64,000 nt of DNA from Lytechinus pictus. Its lineage: Eukaryota. Shown here in pieces: positions 25,891-39,500 of this stretch. The number at the start of each line of letters is the position of its first letter. The stretch's first letter is position 1. Location: assembly GCF_037042905.1 (NCBI RefSeq), contig NC_087245.1:42534001-42598000 (forward strand), in the 5' to 3' direction. A model generated the notes under the pieces. That model made no database searches. It saw nothing but the letters and a program-made list of their open reading frames with translations, and had not been told where the DNA came from. A program made the translations under genes and the position numbers.

Positions 25891-28343
25891 CACATATCAC
25901 CCCAAACAATTCTAAACTGAGCCAATTTATTGCTTTGCTTTCACACAATTCAGAGTACATTAAGATCCATAAGGCATGTATGCAGGAGCAATATTCTTGC
26001 CAAAAAACCACCATATATTTTGTCTTTCATTCTTTTCCATAAAAAACAATATAATTAAAAACAGTTCTAAATAGCAAAGTTTGATACAAACGTGTATGAT
26101 CAAATGAGCGACAATGGTTCCTTGTTAAATCGTAGCTTTGTGTAAGGTCACCACATAAAGTACAGTTTGTTAGTCTGTAAGTAAATACAACATTTTTGTC
26201 TAAATCTCACCATAATATTGAACAGAAGATGTGTCTTTGCTCTGTGTTATACCTACATGTAGTTAAGACACAGCTGAGTTTTCCCTAATATGCCCCTTGG
26301 CTAGGTAACAAAAATTCAACAATTCATTAAGCAGACAGGCACATGTGTAAGAACACTAATCTAGATGTAGGACACAATAACTCATTATTTATGGTGTTTG
26401 TTTCAATATTTGAAAGGATGTGACAAAATCAAATTCTGTGTTTAATCCTCCACTAGCGGGCTATTGCATATGCATATGTATATAAATCTAAAAGAATATT
26501 AGATCACCTAAATGTACATTGAAATTGGAAATGGTTAATTGCATACTGATTCGTATAATTCCAGCCCTACTACAGCTAATTTGCATACTACCAGTACTTT
26601 GAATAATCCAGTGTTTCACAAATGCAAAACCCCATTCCCAAATAAAAATTTATCAAAGTAATACAGGATTTTCACGTACTAGATTTATGTCAGTGTATTA
26701 CCAAAGCATTCACTCAATCCAAATTAAATGACTTTAAGTATTGACATCACATCTAAGTACTATACAATGAAATGAAATGATATTCAATTCAAATAAACAT
26801 CAATTTTCTGCCAATTTCAAGTACAATACATGTAGGTTGTAGGTCAAGGTATAAAGTTCAGACTTACTGGTTGCCAGCATGCTATAATATAACCACCCAT
26901 TTTGCACAAAAACAAATCAATTGACAAGTCTTCAAAATGGTTGGTTCCAGTTAACTGGGGATATTTCTTAAGCTGAAAGCAATTATATTAACCTGAATAA
27001 AATAAGAAGGGCTGATGGAAGTATTAAACCAAATGCTGGTTTGGGCCATTCAGATTGGTTGACAAAAAGTTTCAAACTAACATACATCCAGTTGCACTTG
27101 GTGCTTTCCTACTCAAAATAAAAATGCTAGTTAATATATTGCAGTATGTCAATCGCAATCAACAATAATCATATCAAATCTATTTGATAAAAAAAGAATC
27201 ACTATTAAAAAAAAACAAAAAAAAAGAATCACAGATTAAGTAACATCCAATCCTTAAAAAACAACTTCATGTACAAAGAATATTCATATTAATGAAGAAT
27301 GTAAAATACTAAACATGAAATTAAAGTCATTGATTTTAAAGACTGTGTGGCAAAATAAATATAAATATATATATCTCATAAAACTCATAATTGGGATACA
27401 ACTACCATCACAAGCATAAAATTCGGCTGGTATCTTTTTCTTTTTCATTGGTCTAAGTTTGATATATCAAAAATTCTCTTGAGTTACAAATAATACCTAT
27501 ATATACTTTTGGTAATACGTATACGGTCATCATAATGCGTTATATTATAATCCATGATTTGCTGCTTTTAACCACATAAACATGTCAAGAATCATATTCA
27601 TAATTGATTCCTTCCTTCAATTAATTTATAAATTAAACTTGCAAATAACGCAACATGGGGGGGGGGGTGGGGTGGGGACCAGCTGATGTCACCTGCCAGT
27701 TTCCACTGCAGATGAATTGCAAGTTTCATTCATGTCTTAATTGATAAATATGAAGGATGATTTTCCCACGGACGACTACCCCCTTTCTTCCCCCACCCCT
27801 AAGAGAAATCCTTCACCACAATACTAAGGTACTAAGGATATTATGAGAAAAATCATAAATGATAATCTGAGCTGAACAACATTGTATCATCCATCCCAGA
27901 GATTTCATATTCTAGAATCTTCATTCATATTCATCATTAAAAATGATAAGCAACACACATATGAAAACATTCTGAAATAAATGATAACAGTTCCAAAGAC
28001 TGTGTAATCACTGAAACGAAAAAAATTAAAGGTTGCGTAAATTGATAACATTAAACAAATTAAACACTTATAAAGCTAATATGATACCTGTCTAACATTG
28101 TATGATCTGTTTTAAGGTAACTCTAAATATATATTTTTTTTAAATGGCATACATGTTAAGTATTGTTCATTGTGGTATTTTCTACAAATCTGTCAATAAT
28201 TCGGGTGATACATGAAAAAAGTAAGTGATCATAATCATATCCTTTGTAATCATACTGAAATTCCCTCAAGCAAAATATTTTGCTGTTTGGGACTCTGAGG
28301 TTACACATATATTTATCTGCCTGTTTAGGAGAGGCGCCAGGAT

Positions 28344-28433
28344 CTATCCCATTGACTCAGTACAGGTTGTGACCATACACTTCTTGTTTGCATCATACAC
28401 ACTTCTGTACTGCTCAGGAAGGGCATATTCAAC
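28344..28433 (-). CDS. CAP: CAP last coding exon (VEYALPEQYRSVYDANKKCMVTTCTESMG*)
   Basis: tatgtag acceptor; PEQ motif of the CAP dimerisation strand; TAG at 28344-28346. Confidence 0.93.
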   Translation of the reverse strand, partial: VEYALPEQYRSVYDANKKCMVTTCTESMG

Positions 28434-30517
28434 CTACATATAGAAGGATAAGAAGGAGAAGAAATGCATGAACAAAAACAATGATAATCATAAAATTTAT
28501 TTTGAACAGACCCGGACCCCGTTGCATAAAAGTGACCTTTATGGTGACTTTCCCATGCAATGGTAACTTGCATGGAATCCTTGAATTTGGTTGGCTGTTG
28601 ATCAGCATTACCATGGGAGTTACCATTGGATGGAAAAATTACCATATATGCAATGGGGCATAGGTGGGTGTTTCTTAAAGCTGTTTGCAAGTTATGAATG
28701 ACTTCACTAATGACTGGTGACCCTTTCTTGTGCAAAGTCATGTATCACTATGTAACTGACTAGCACAAAAGAACATGTTCCAGTCGTGAGTAACTTAACG
28801 ATAAGCTTTATGAAACACCACCCTGGGGGCTGTTACATAACGCAGCTTGTAAAGTTCCAAAGGGTGTCACTTTTAATACAAATGACTGGAATATATCATT
28901 TGCTAAATCATTGGCCTATTTATTCAATTTGCATCTGCTAAAGTTGAAATATGATCTTCGTAGATTGAAATTATTGTGCTTAACAAGCAGTTCAATTTCA
29001 ATGACAAGTTAGAAAATAATTCAGTCTAACTTTGTTAAAACACATTCAGCTTAATCAAAGACATTCACGTATAGCAGAAATTATGGGACAGTGTGGAACC
29101 CTAACTCTCTTTATTATCATTTCAATGGGCTAAGCTAGCTTTCCTCCCCATACAATTTTAAGAACTTGTCCCCCAAATTCCATATACACTTTACAAGTAT
29201 AGAAAATACATGCACAGCTGATCCTGAACATCCAAGGAGCACATAAGTATCCTTGTGGTACATCCTTTATATGAAACAATAATGAACAGTTCTTGTATAG
29301 CACATAACACAGTATGATTACAACGTCTCTATGCGCTTCCAAAGGAATTGGATATTATTATCCCTGCTTTAGCTTTGAAATAGATAAGGGATGGCATTGT
29401 ATTTTCATTCATTACACAATTAGTCTTCCTTCAAATTCAAAGTCATTTATTTCCACATATGTTTGTGCATGAACACTAAATTCCTGCAGGTCATCTGCAG
29501 CCATGATTATGGAAAATACAAAACCATCAAAGGAAATTACCAAACAGACATATTCTTTCACAGGGCCAGAAAAGCTTTGACTTTGACTTACATAGTCTCC
29601 ATCTTCTCCACTTGGGATAAGGATGTTCATTTCTGATGACTTGGCGCTAATGACTTCAGCAAACTTAGACCGTTCACTCAAGTACACCATACATCCATCT
29701 GTTTTGTCTATGTTTACGATGTGAGCTGTACCTGTTATCTGTAGAAAAATGAAAACAAACAAATATAGATTTTTTTTTAGGGCGAGGTCATTTTCTGCAG
29801 GGTTCATTCTTAATGTATGTTGCAGCACAAATGACTGACATTGTGCCCAGTCACCAAGTTATTAACTCTTAATGTGCCATTCACTGTAATCAGCGATTGC
29901 CATTTTTTTCAAAGAGTCTATGTTTAATTATTTTATTTATAAAAAGAGGGAATCACTCCTGAGACAATGTTAAACCTCTTGATCATAAGCTGAACTGAAA
30001 AATGGAATCACTCATGCATGCAATGCACTCCTCAAAATGCAATAGGCATAACAATAGTTGTATGACCATTGTACGAAAATGTGTTCGTGGCACTCCAGTG
30101 GATGCACAAATATGTGTTCATGGCACGTTAAGGGTTAAACAGTTCTGATCATCTTACTATTTTGTGTGTGTGTGTGTAATTTGAGTTCGTTTTTTCTTTT
30201 ACGACGTGAAACAAACGGGTAATATCATTTTCATCTGGGGCTGACCTGTAACGTCACCATCCAGAAGGTGTGACCAGGGCTCAAACCAAGAATCTCAGTG
30301 TCAATTCATAACTTCACCCATGAAGCGTGGATGACAGGTGCATGCCACAATGCCCATTGTACTTCAATGACTGAATATATGGAATAACTAACCTGCATTT
30401 TTATACTCTGGCAGTTGACAACGTCTAAAGACCCAAGGACACTCTCACAGACGACACCGACCTTTTTGCATGAATCTAAAAACAAATCAAGACAGAAGTA
30501 TAAGTACTACCATTTTA

Positions 30518-30548
<31 letters not shown>

Positions 30549-33500
30549 ATAATAATAGTATAGGGTATTTATATAGTGCACGACTCCACCTCAAGGCGTT
30601 CCGATATTACCCCAGCTAAGATCAAGCAAATGTTCCTGGGGGGGCTGTTTCATAAAGCTGTTCGTAAGTTAAGAGTGACTTAAAGAACGACTGGTGAACC
30701 TTTCTTACGAGCTAAATAATCACTGAACGGTGAATATCACCTACCGCAAGAAAGGATCACCAGTCGTTCTGAAAGTCACTCTTAACTTACAAATAGCTTT
30801 ATGGAACGGCCCCCAATAGGTGTTCACAGCAGTAATTTAGTGCTTGTTTCACTGTGCCAAACTGTGGAAGCCCAGAACTCCAATAGCGTGGATATAAGTG
30901 TGTGGTTACCGTAGTGGTTGTGCTGAAGTTGTTGGTTGATTTTTTTTTTCTAATTAGAAGTGTGTGTTCCTAGCGCATATGAACGGGTGATTATTACATG
31001 CAAATTTCAATGATCACTGCCATGAAAGGTGATCCTCAAATTGGCTTCGAGTATGCTGCTTAGTTTTCTTAAGGAGTAACAGTAGGTTTGAGATTAACCC
31101 AGACACATTTTGGGGTGCCTTAATCACTTAACATAACCCTTGAAAACTACTTCTGACTTGCAGTGGTTCTATCCGTTATACAGTGCGTCCCAGAAAAAAC
31201 GAAACCGAGATTAAGCGATGATATATCATAACTTAATCACAGATACAATAGACAAATGACCTACCAATGTAAAGCTTAGAATCTCTTCTTTCATCTGATA
31301 TTACTTAGATTATTCCTCATTCAGCCCGCCAAATGACTTTTTGGTATCCCCTCTTCAAATTGTTTTTGCTCACTCATGCATGAATGAGAAATAATCTAAG
31401 TAATTTCAGATGAAAGAAGAGATTCTAAGCTTTACAATGGTACATGTAGGTCATTTGCCTATTGTATTTGTGATTAAGTTATGATAAATCATTGATACAT
31501 CCAGGTTTCGTTTTTTGTGGGACGCACTGTATAAGGGCTAACGATGCTCCAACCCAGTCTTTTTGCCTGATGTGAGCATAGAGGGATATATTGTCAAGTT
31601 GCAAGCTTGTCTTTGATTGATAGGCGGGACTGCATGATCGTGTCGACACATGTCCCTTTGTACGAGAAAAGCTATTCCAAAGATGACTGCAAAATGAAAA
31701 AAATAGACATTCATACCAACAGTAACGGAGTTAACTTTGTTAGGGATGTTGATGACACTGTTGTCGCACTTGTAGATGTAAACACTCTGCTTCATTTCGA
31801 CTTGATCTAGACGGATGTCTGTATTGTTTGAATAGTATTCCTAGAATATACGATACAGAGAAAGCATACTGTCTTAAAAATCTGACTGCCCATGTTAAAG
31901 GAGTACTACGGGCTGAAAATATTTATAGATAAATAAGAAGAGTACAATTCACAGAGCAAATTGCTGAAAATTTCATCAAAATCTGGTAACAAACAGTGAA
32001 GTTATAGAATTTTAAAGTTTAGCAATATACCGTGAAAACAGTTTTTTATGCATATTGTCATGAATATTCATGAGGTGAGCTGATGATATCACATCCCCAC
32101 TTTCCTTTTTCTTATAATACATGAAATCATAATTGTTTCATTTTTTCAAACATGTGTGAATGATGCATCTCCCTTAAAATGAAATAAATATCTAAAGCAC
32201 TAAATCAGTTGTCAATCTAATTTTTTTAGTTCTGGAGAAAAATATGACATCATCAGTTTGCTCATTGAATATTCATGAAGACATGCCTAGAATTGTTTCA
32301 GCGTTATACTGCAAATCTTAAGAATGCTATAACTTTGTTATTCCTTGTCCGATTTTGATCAAATTTTCAATGTTTTGTCTGTCTGTCTGGTTTTTCTTTA
32401 TCTGTTAAAATCATTATTTTCAGCCAGGAGTACCGCTTTAATTGATTAACACAAGCAATGGAACCATTTTTTCAAAAAAATAGGTGGGTTCATTACTTCT
32501 GTAACTTTAGCAATCAAGCATCAATATAGCGTGCTCTGATGAAAGCATCAATTCATTATGGGAGGATTCTCATTGTAATATAATATTTAATCAAGAATAA
32601 TCAAACATGAAATCTACATAAACCATGGCATCAAACTGCGGGCTTGAAACCACCTTTTTTAATTATATTTGGTATAAAATCTTCATAAACTTTGGTTTCT
32701 GACCACAAATGTTGTGTTTTCTTAGTTGTTAGTTTTTGTTAGTTATCTGTTTCTAATTGTAAATTTTGTCAATGTTATTGTTTTGGGGGCCATTCTCTAC
32801 AAGCAGTTTGCTTTTTTATGGTCCTAGCCATATTTTGTACCATTCATTACAAAATTATGTACACTGTATGATTTGTATATACATATTTTTATGGTTGAAT
32901 AAAATTGAATTGAATTGAAAAATTTGAAACCACCTTTGTTAATTCTGCCACTGTAATATTTGGCATGAAATCTGCATAAAAGGTTTCAACCATCGGTTTG
33001 AAACCATCCTTCTGAATTCCGGCCTTTGTGATATTTGGCATGAAATCTGCAAAAAGTCATGGATTAATTTGAAACCACCTTTGTGAATTGTGGGCGTTGT
33101 GATAGATGGCATTATATCTGCATAAATGGTTTCAACCATCAATTTCAAACTACCTTTGTGAATTCCGGCCTTTTTTTATGTTTGGATTGAAATCTACATA
33201 AATCATGGTTTCAACCATCGATTTGAAACCATCATTATGAATTCAGGCCATTCTGGTATTTGGCATGAAATCTGCATAAATCATGGATTCAACCATCGAT
33301 TTGAAACCATCATTATGAATCCAGGCCATTCTGGTATTTGGCATGAAATCTGCATAAATCATGGTTTCAACCATCGATTTGAAACCACCTTTGTGAATTG
33401 GCACCACTGTGATGTTTGTCTCACTTACCACATCCCATTTTTTCTGGGTGAGTTCAATCCTGGGTGGTTTCTTGACAGGGGCAGCAGCAGCGGCTTTGGG

Positions 33501-36500
33501 AGCAGACTTGACAGCCGGGGGTTGGTAGGGCTTTGCGGTGGTTGATACCTGCTTGGCTGGTTGTTTCCTCAGCTCTGGGTTCTTGTGTGTCTTCATGTCA
33601 TTAGTCACCTTCTTCAAACCTTGGTTGAAGAAAGGGGGGGACCCACATGAAGGATATCAAGAATACTGGTGCCAAATACTCTAGATAAATTCAGATGTCA
33701 TGCAATCTTTCATTTGCATTATAAACCCAAGGTCCACAACACAAAGATTAGATTGTTTGCTTTGATTACAATATACAATTAATCATGAAAATCAAGCGTA
33801 CGATTAATTGCTAAACTTGGTGTTAAGGGACCCAGGAGAGCATATCATCACCATTTGTTTTCCAACGAGTTGTCAGACAACTTTTCTTATATTTGATTTG
33901 TTGAGAAGCACAGTTCCTATGGTAAATGTCAGATAAAAACTTCCAAGTCCTTTCATGAAATGTTCCCCCTGCCATTCTCACGCTCTCTCTCTCACGCGCG
34001 CTCTCTGAATAATGATAAAATAATAACATGCAACATTTATAAAGGGCTTAATAAAACGGCTTTAGCCTAGCTACCCTGAATGGATGCTCAAGCATTCAAG
34101 GAATTTCTTCCTTCCGGGTACCCGTTTACTACACCTGGGTGGGGAGTGGCAAATGTAGATAAATGCCTTGCCAAAGGACGTGAGTTCTGCGGTGGCATTT
34201 GAACCCCAGACCTTGTGGTTCAAAGTCAGGAGACTTATCCACAACACCTCTGAATACATCATTAGATAGATCCAATTGGATGTGATCCAGTAGCTTTAAA
34301 TTCGTAATTTCCAAATAGAATTCAGAATTTTCTAATGCGGTACTATGTCGTGCATTTGCAAATAAATGCAAATGATACACCCACAGATGTCAATGACCAG
34401 AGACAGAAAGTCTTGCTTCACAGAATGTATGTTAAGGTATATTTGGACATGTTGAAAGGTGCGATTTCATTCTTGCAAGATTATTTGCTATAATAACCGC
34501 TGTGCTTGTACTCACTGCATGCACGAGTATTTGTGTTCAAATTCATAATTTGATTAATTTTTACTTTCATAAAGTGGTCTGAAATTCTTGATACACATTT
34601 TTTTTCAAATAGTTCACAGCTCTATTAGAGACATCCTCCAATTTTCAAAACATACGTATTAAATTTTCCCCAGATTGATCAGTTTCAAAATCAAAATGCA
34701 AGAAATGCCCTTGGGCCCAGCTTGGTCACTAAGTTCTCTCAGATACATATGTTTTTGAACATTTCTATGATTTCTCCTCCACCTCCTACCCCCCCCCCCC
34801 CCCCCACTAAAAATCCATCATACTTCCATCAGACAACTACATTCAATCATCAATGAATGACTAGATTGTGAAAATATTGATTCTGGCATGACTTACCGCT
34901 TGTGATAGCTTCACCCTGGTTCAGGGAGGCGAAGAGAGCAGTCCTGCTGGAGTCGTCGCTTGAGGCGGGAGCAGCAGGACAGGAGGGGGGTACAACTGCT
35001 GGGGGTGGTGGAGGAGGGGGGCCACCAGCTGGCGGTGGGGGAGCGGCCGTTGCTGATGGTGCGCTGGCGTCCTTGCCCTAGATCCGGGGATATAAGATAA
35101 ACAGAGAGTTTTCTTCATGTACAAGACCTACATATACCTACAGTTTACATTAATCAGTATTCACTCCAAAAATGTCATCACCTATAGGACCTGAATGTAC
35201 CTATTGCTGATTCAGATTCCCTGATTTTTCCCGGACTGGAAAAAAGTAAAATAATTTCCCCTATTTTTTCCCTGATGGGCTGGGAACCCTGGCATTGCTT
35301 TCATTGTTGTACGCGTTGTATTTTTCACGCATTCATGCCGTTGAATATGCTCTCATATTCAATAGCAAATTTTGTACAGGAGCCTATGGGATATTCATCG
35401 GATTTCAGTCCTTTTTAGGGATACGCTCTGATACTGCACGGGCATTGATGCAGACTAAAATACACATTTTTAATGCATCGCTAAAACACTCTATATAGGA
35501 GATATTAAAAAATATTTCATTTTTGTTTTTTTCTTCTTTTCTTTCACATAGCATGATTATTTTTTGTGGCCAAAGAAATGATATTAATAATCACAAGAGT
35601 GATTCCATATTTTTACTACTTTGCCATTCTACTGCAGGTAATATCTATCTTAAAGTGTATCTTTAGTTTTGGTAAATCCCCCCCCCCCCCCAAAAAAAAA
35701 AGGGAATTTACCATTCTTATATTTCTAAATATGAATTAGTATGCCCTAAAAAAAAAGGAGGTGAAGGATGCAAGGATACCAGCTAAAAATGTGTATTGGA
35801 AAATTTTGTTCTAATACTACTTCTCATGAAGCTCACCTGTCTGTTCCATGTGACACCGGTAAGATGATGTTTCTTGACATAAGCCTCAAGTTCATGGATG
35901 AGCTTGATCAATGATGATTTCCAATCAACATGTCTCGGGTCACTGTTATCACAGAAATGGCAGGAAAATAATTTTATCTCACAATGGGGCAAACTGGAGA
36001 ACATTGGAGGCTATTTCTTTCATTTCAAGGGCTGCTTTAAGGAGCAACAAGCAATTATGCAGTGAAATACAAATATCATTATTGTGCCACTGTAAGAATA
36101 TCAATTTTCCAAATAATCTTGAATATTGTTTGTGACAGACCTTGAGGCGACCCCACAAAGGATGGTCGCCCCAAAGCATGCATTTTGGGGGGAATTTTAG
36201 GGGAAAATCGCCCTCATGTATTTCCTATGCCGACTGTAAAAGGAATGCACTTATTATTGAAAGGATCATGAATACCCGAAAAGTGTTTAAAATGTTGAGA
36301 AATCGTTGGAGACACCGTTAACGTGGCATACTTCAAGCCCCTGGATCAATCAGTGCTTTTGTCTAATAAACATGGACTGGCCCACTGTTACAATGCAAGA
36401 ACTCTTTATCTCAACATACTGTAGGTGAGAGAAAAACAAATTGTATAAGATGTAAAGTTGAGTTCACAGTGAGAAAATACAAAGGTAAGATCAAACAGAC

Positions 36501-39500
36501 TAACCTCTGTCTAAATTCCTTCAGGATTTTGTTGATGTAAAACATCGCTGAGCTCTCCATTTCTCTCACGTATGGTGCTGGCTTGCTTGGCTGTGAAAAG
36601 GGGATGAAAATAGCTCATAGATATAATATATCCAACGTCACTCTCAGCAACAGTGCCGCTATTACCATCATGATGATCATCCTTATTACAAGTACCAGAA
36701 ACATCATCATTACACATTTACTACCATCACAATCACCACACGATCATCATCATCATCATCCCCCTCCTCCTCCTCATTTTCATCATCGTCATCATTATCA
36801 ACATCATCATCATCATCATCCCCCTCCTCCTCCTCATTTTCATCACCGTCACCATTATCAACATTATCATCAGCATCATCATCATCATCATTACTATCTC
36901 CTGTTCTATGAGTTTGATACTTACCATACCAATCCATAACATCATCTCGGCACTTTCAGCAATAGCTGCTATATTGTTGAAGAACTTGGAAGATTTCTTA
37001 GCATCCTTGTATTTCCGAATTTCCTCCAGCTTTTCAAAAGTTGGACCCACAAGCTCTTTCAAAATATTCTTCAATAATTTCATAAGAAAAAGCAGTGAGT
37101 ATTAGAGATTAGCAAAGAATTTACGACACAATCTACCAATAAAAAGTATTATAAAATGGGTTCAAGGATGTAGCCAATGGAGAGTGTTTATGTTAGTCAT
37201 ATGCTTTTAATTCTACACAACCTTCAGTCAAGCTCTTTCAGGTGCAGCTTTGTACAGTCAGCATGCAGCCCTTTTCAGAACAACAACCCCCCCCCTCTAA
37301 CTTGTCATGGAACATGTTCTTCTTACAAAGGCCTTCAAAATCTTCAAAATATGTTCTGTAAGTAAAACAATATGCATAGCGTGTTTCTTAGTCCAATAAT
37401 ACGGTTTTGAAGGATTTACAAATTTCTAAATATGGCCTTGAAGATTGATATCATACCTCATTTGGTTGCTTGCTTTCTGCTGCTATTGCCAGAAATGCTC
37501 GTTGGGTCACAAAGCCTTCCTTTAACAAACCAACCTGTCACATTAAAAAGAAAAAAAATCAATTTTTTAATAAAATCAAATCAATATGGCAATACTTTGC
37601 AAAAGCTGAGCTCCATTGGCTAAATCATGTACTGTATGCCATCAGTGTCTTTTTTATCTAAAATTATTTGAGTCTATTAACACACCAGCAGAGATGCCAA
37701 CCTCCAAAAAGCAAAAACAGTATTCTGAGAGGAAAAAAACAGTTTTTTGATTAAAAAAAAAAGTATTTTGTAAAATATAACGAAGCGAAACGACCGAGCC
37801 GGGGAGAGGGGGTGTCCCTCTCCCACAGTAAGGAGATTTTTCAACTTTGGGGTTCAGAATCCTGCATGGTGCATTCTCTGGTAAGATGATTCCATTTCTA
37901 ACAAAACACATAAATCAAACCAGAAAAAAAATGAAACCGGCACAAACGAATAAAATTTATATGTCTTAAAAAGATGCAATAAAAACAAATATCTAACGAT
38001 AGAACCTTACAGCAGGCACTGTCGAATGTAAAGTGTAGAAAAATGGTCAGGATTTATCAATCATACCACCTTTAGCCATCAAATTAGCCATCAATGTTTC
38101 AGCTCTGATCGTCGAGTAGTCCCCTCTTCTGAAGAAATGTCCAATGTTTTGATTAGTTTCACGACTTTGTGCGAGGTTGAGGTGTTTCTACCGTTTGATA
38201 TGGGCAGTAATGTCATTCGCTCCTCCGTGTGAAATAGTGAAATCACATTGACAGACAGTGCACCGTGCAGTAAATTCATCCAGTTTGGAACAGATAATAC
38301 AAGGCCACCGAGTCAAGTATTCCACTCGAAACATCTGTTTCCGTTGTGATTTAGACTTAGAGGACGAAGTTGACGCCATGATTAATCGAGACCCGACAAA
38401 TCAACAAATCAAGACAAGAAATCGACAACGATCGTGCATCAATCACACTAGACCTAAAGCTTCAGTCTCTGTATTTTGGTTGTTCCGCGTAACTGCGTTG
38501 GCTCCACTAACCCATACATAGACTGAAGAGTTGTTGGCCCGTACGTATAGCCAACGTATTAGCAGTAACGTTAGATCTAACATTCGGCAGAAACCTGATT
38601 TTCGGATCGTTTTTTTGTACATAAAATGTCACATTAAAAAGAAGTACATTCAAACTTACGAAAAAATACTGCTAATTCCTTTCAAATGATGATCGAAACA
38701 TAGTCATCTTCAATCCTTTCGTTGGTCAAAGTAAGTTGCCATCTTGGATGACGTCATCATCCTTACAGACGTATGCACCAGTCGCTATATATCGTGATTT
38801 GTGCCGCTGCTTTGCGCTTGTAGATGTGCGTGCGTTCGGAACTTGTCGCTCGCATTGATTGGCCTGGATATCGAAAATTTAATCGGAAAGCCTTGATAAA
38901 AGCACAACTCGGGCAGCAACACACATGGCTGCCACATTAGGGATTTATGCATTAGTAGAAATGCGTAATTTATTACCGCACTACCTATCGTAATGCACAC
39001 TCGCCTTAAGGCCACCGCACACCTTACGACCCGACTGGTCTCTGACCGGTCTGCGACTCTCAAGCTGACAAGAGCTGTGACGTCACATCTCCCCTCACTC
39101 AGTCGCAAGCCAGTCGCCGACCAGTCAGGTCGTAAGGTGTGCGGTGGCCTTTAAACACCCAGCTAGCTACACACAATGCATATTGTACACAATCAAAATT
39201 TCAAGAAAACCTATTTTACAAAGAAAAAAAGTAACGCCGTATTTTGGGTGAAAAAACGTAACAAATACGGCAACAACGTAACGGTTGGCATCTCTGCACC
39301 AGGGTCCCATAACACAAAGATTGGCGATTAATTGTAAGCTTCATCTTCACGATTAATCGTACGATGTAATCAATGTAATCAATTGTAGAAAAATGTACTA
39401 CGATGATTGCTAAGCTTTGTGATAGGTACCCCAGCTTGTTTATTCCCAAGGATTTTATCAATCAGGTTAAACAGCCAAAGAGGAATGCAAATTAAGATCA

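Larger units (their letters stand above)
37689..39296 (-). mobile_element. hAT deletion derivative, 6 bp TSD CACCAG
   Basis: CAGAGATGCCAACC ... GGTTGGCATCTCTG TIRs; CACCAG on both flanks; carries a transposase N-terminus. Confidence 0.85.

Noticed and set aside
32920..33410. Possible CRISPR array or repeat protein (ORFs 33237+ and 32939-)
   Set aside because: Plain minisatellite inside a CAP intron; no spacers.
36583..36939. His-rich, Asp/Glu-rich and Met-rich ORFs
   Set aside because: Translations of the (CAT)n intronic microsatellite.
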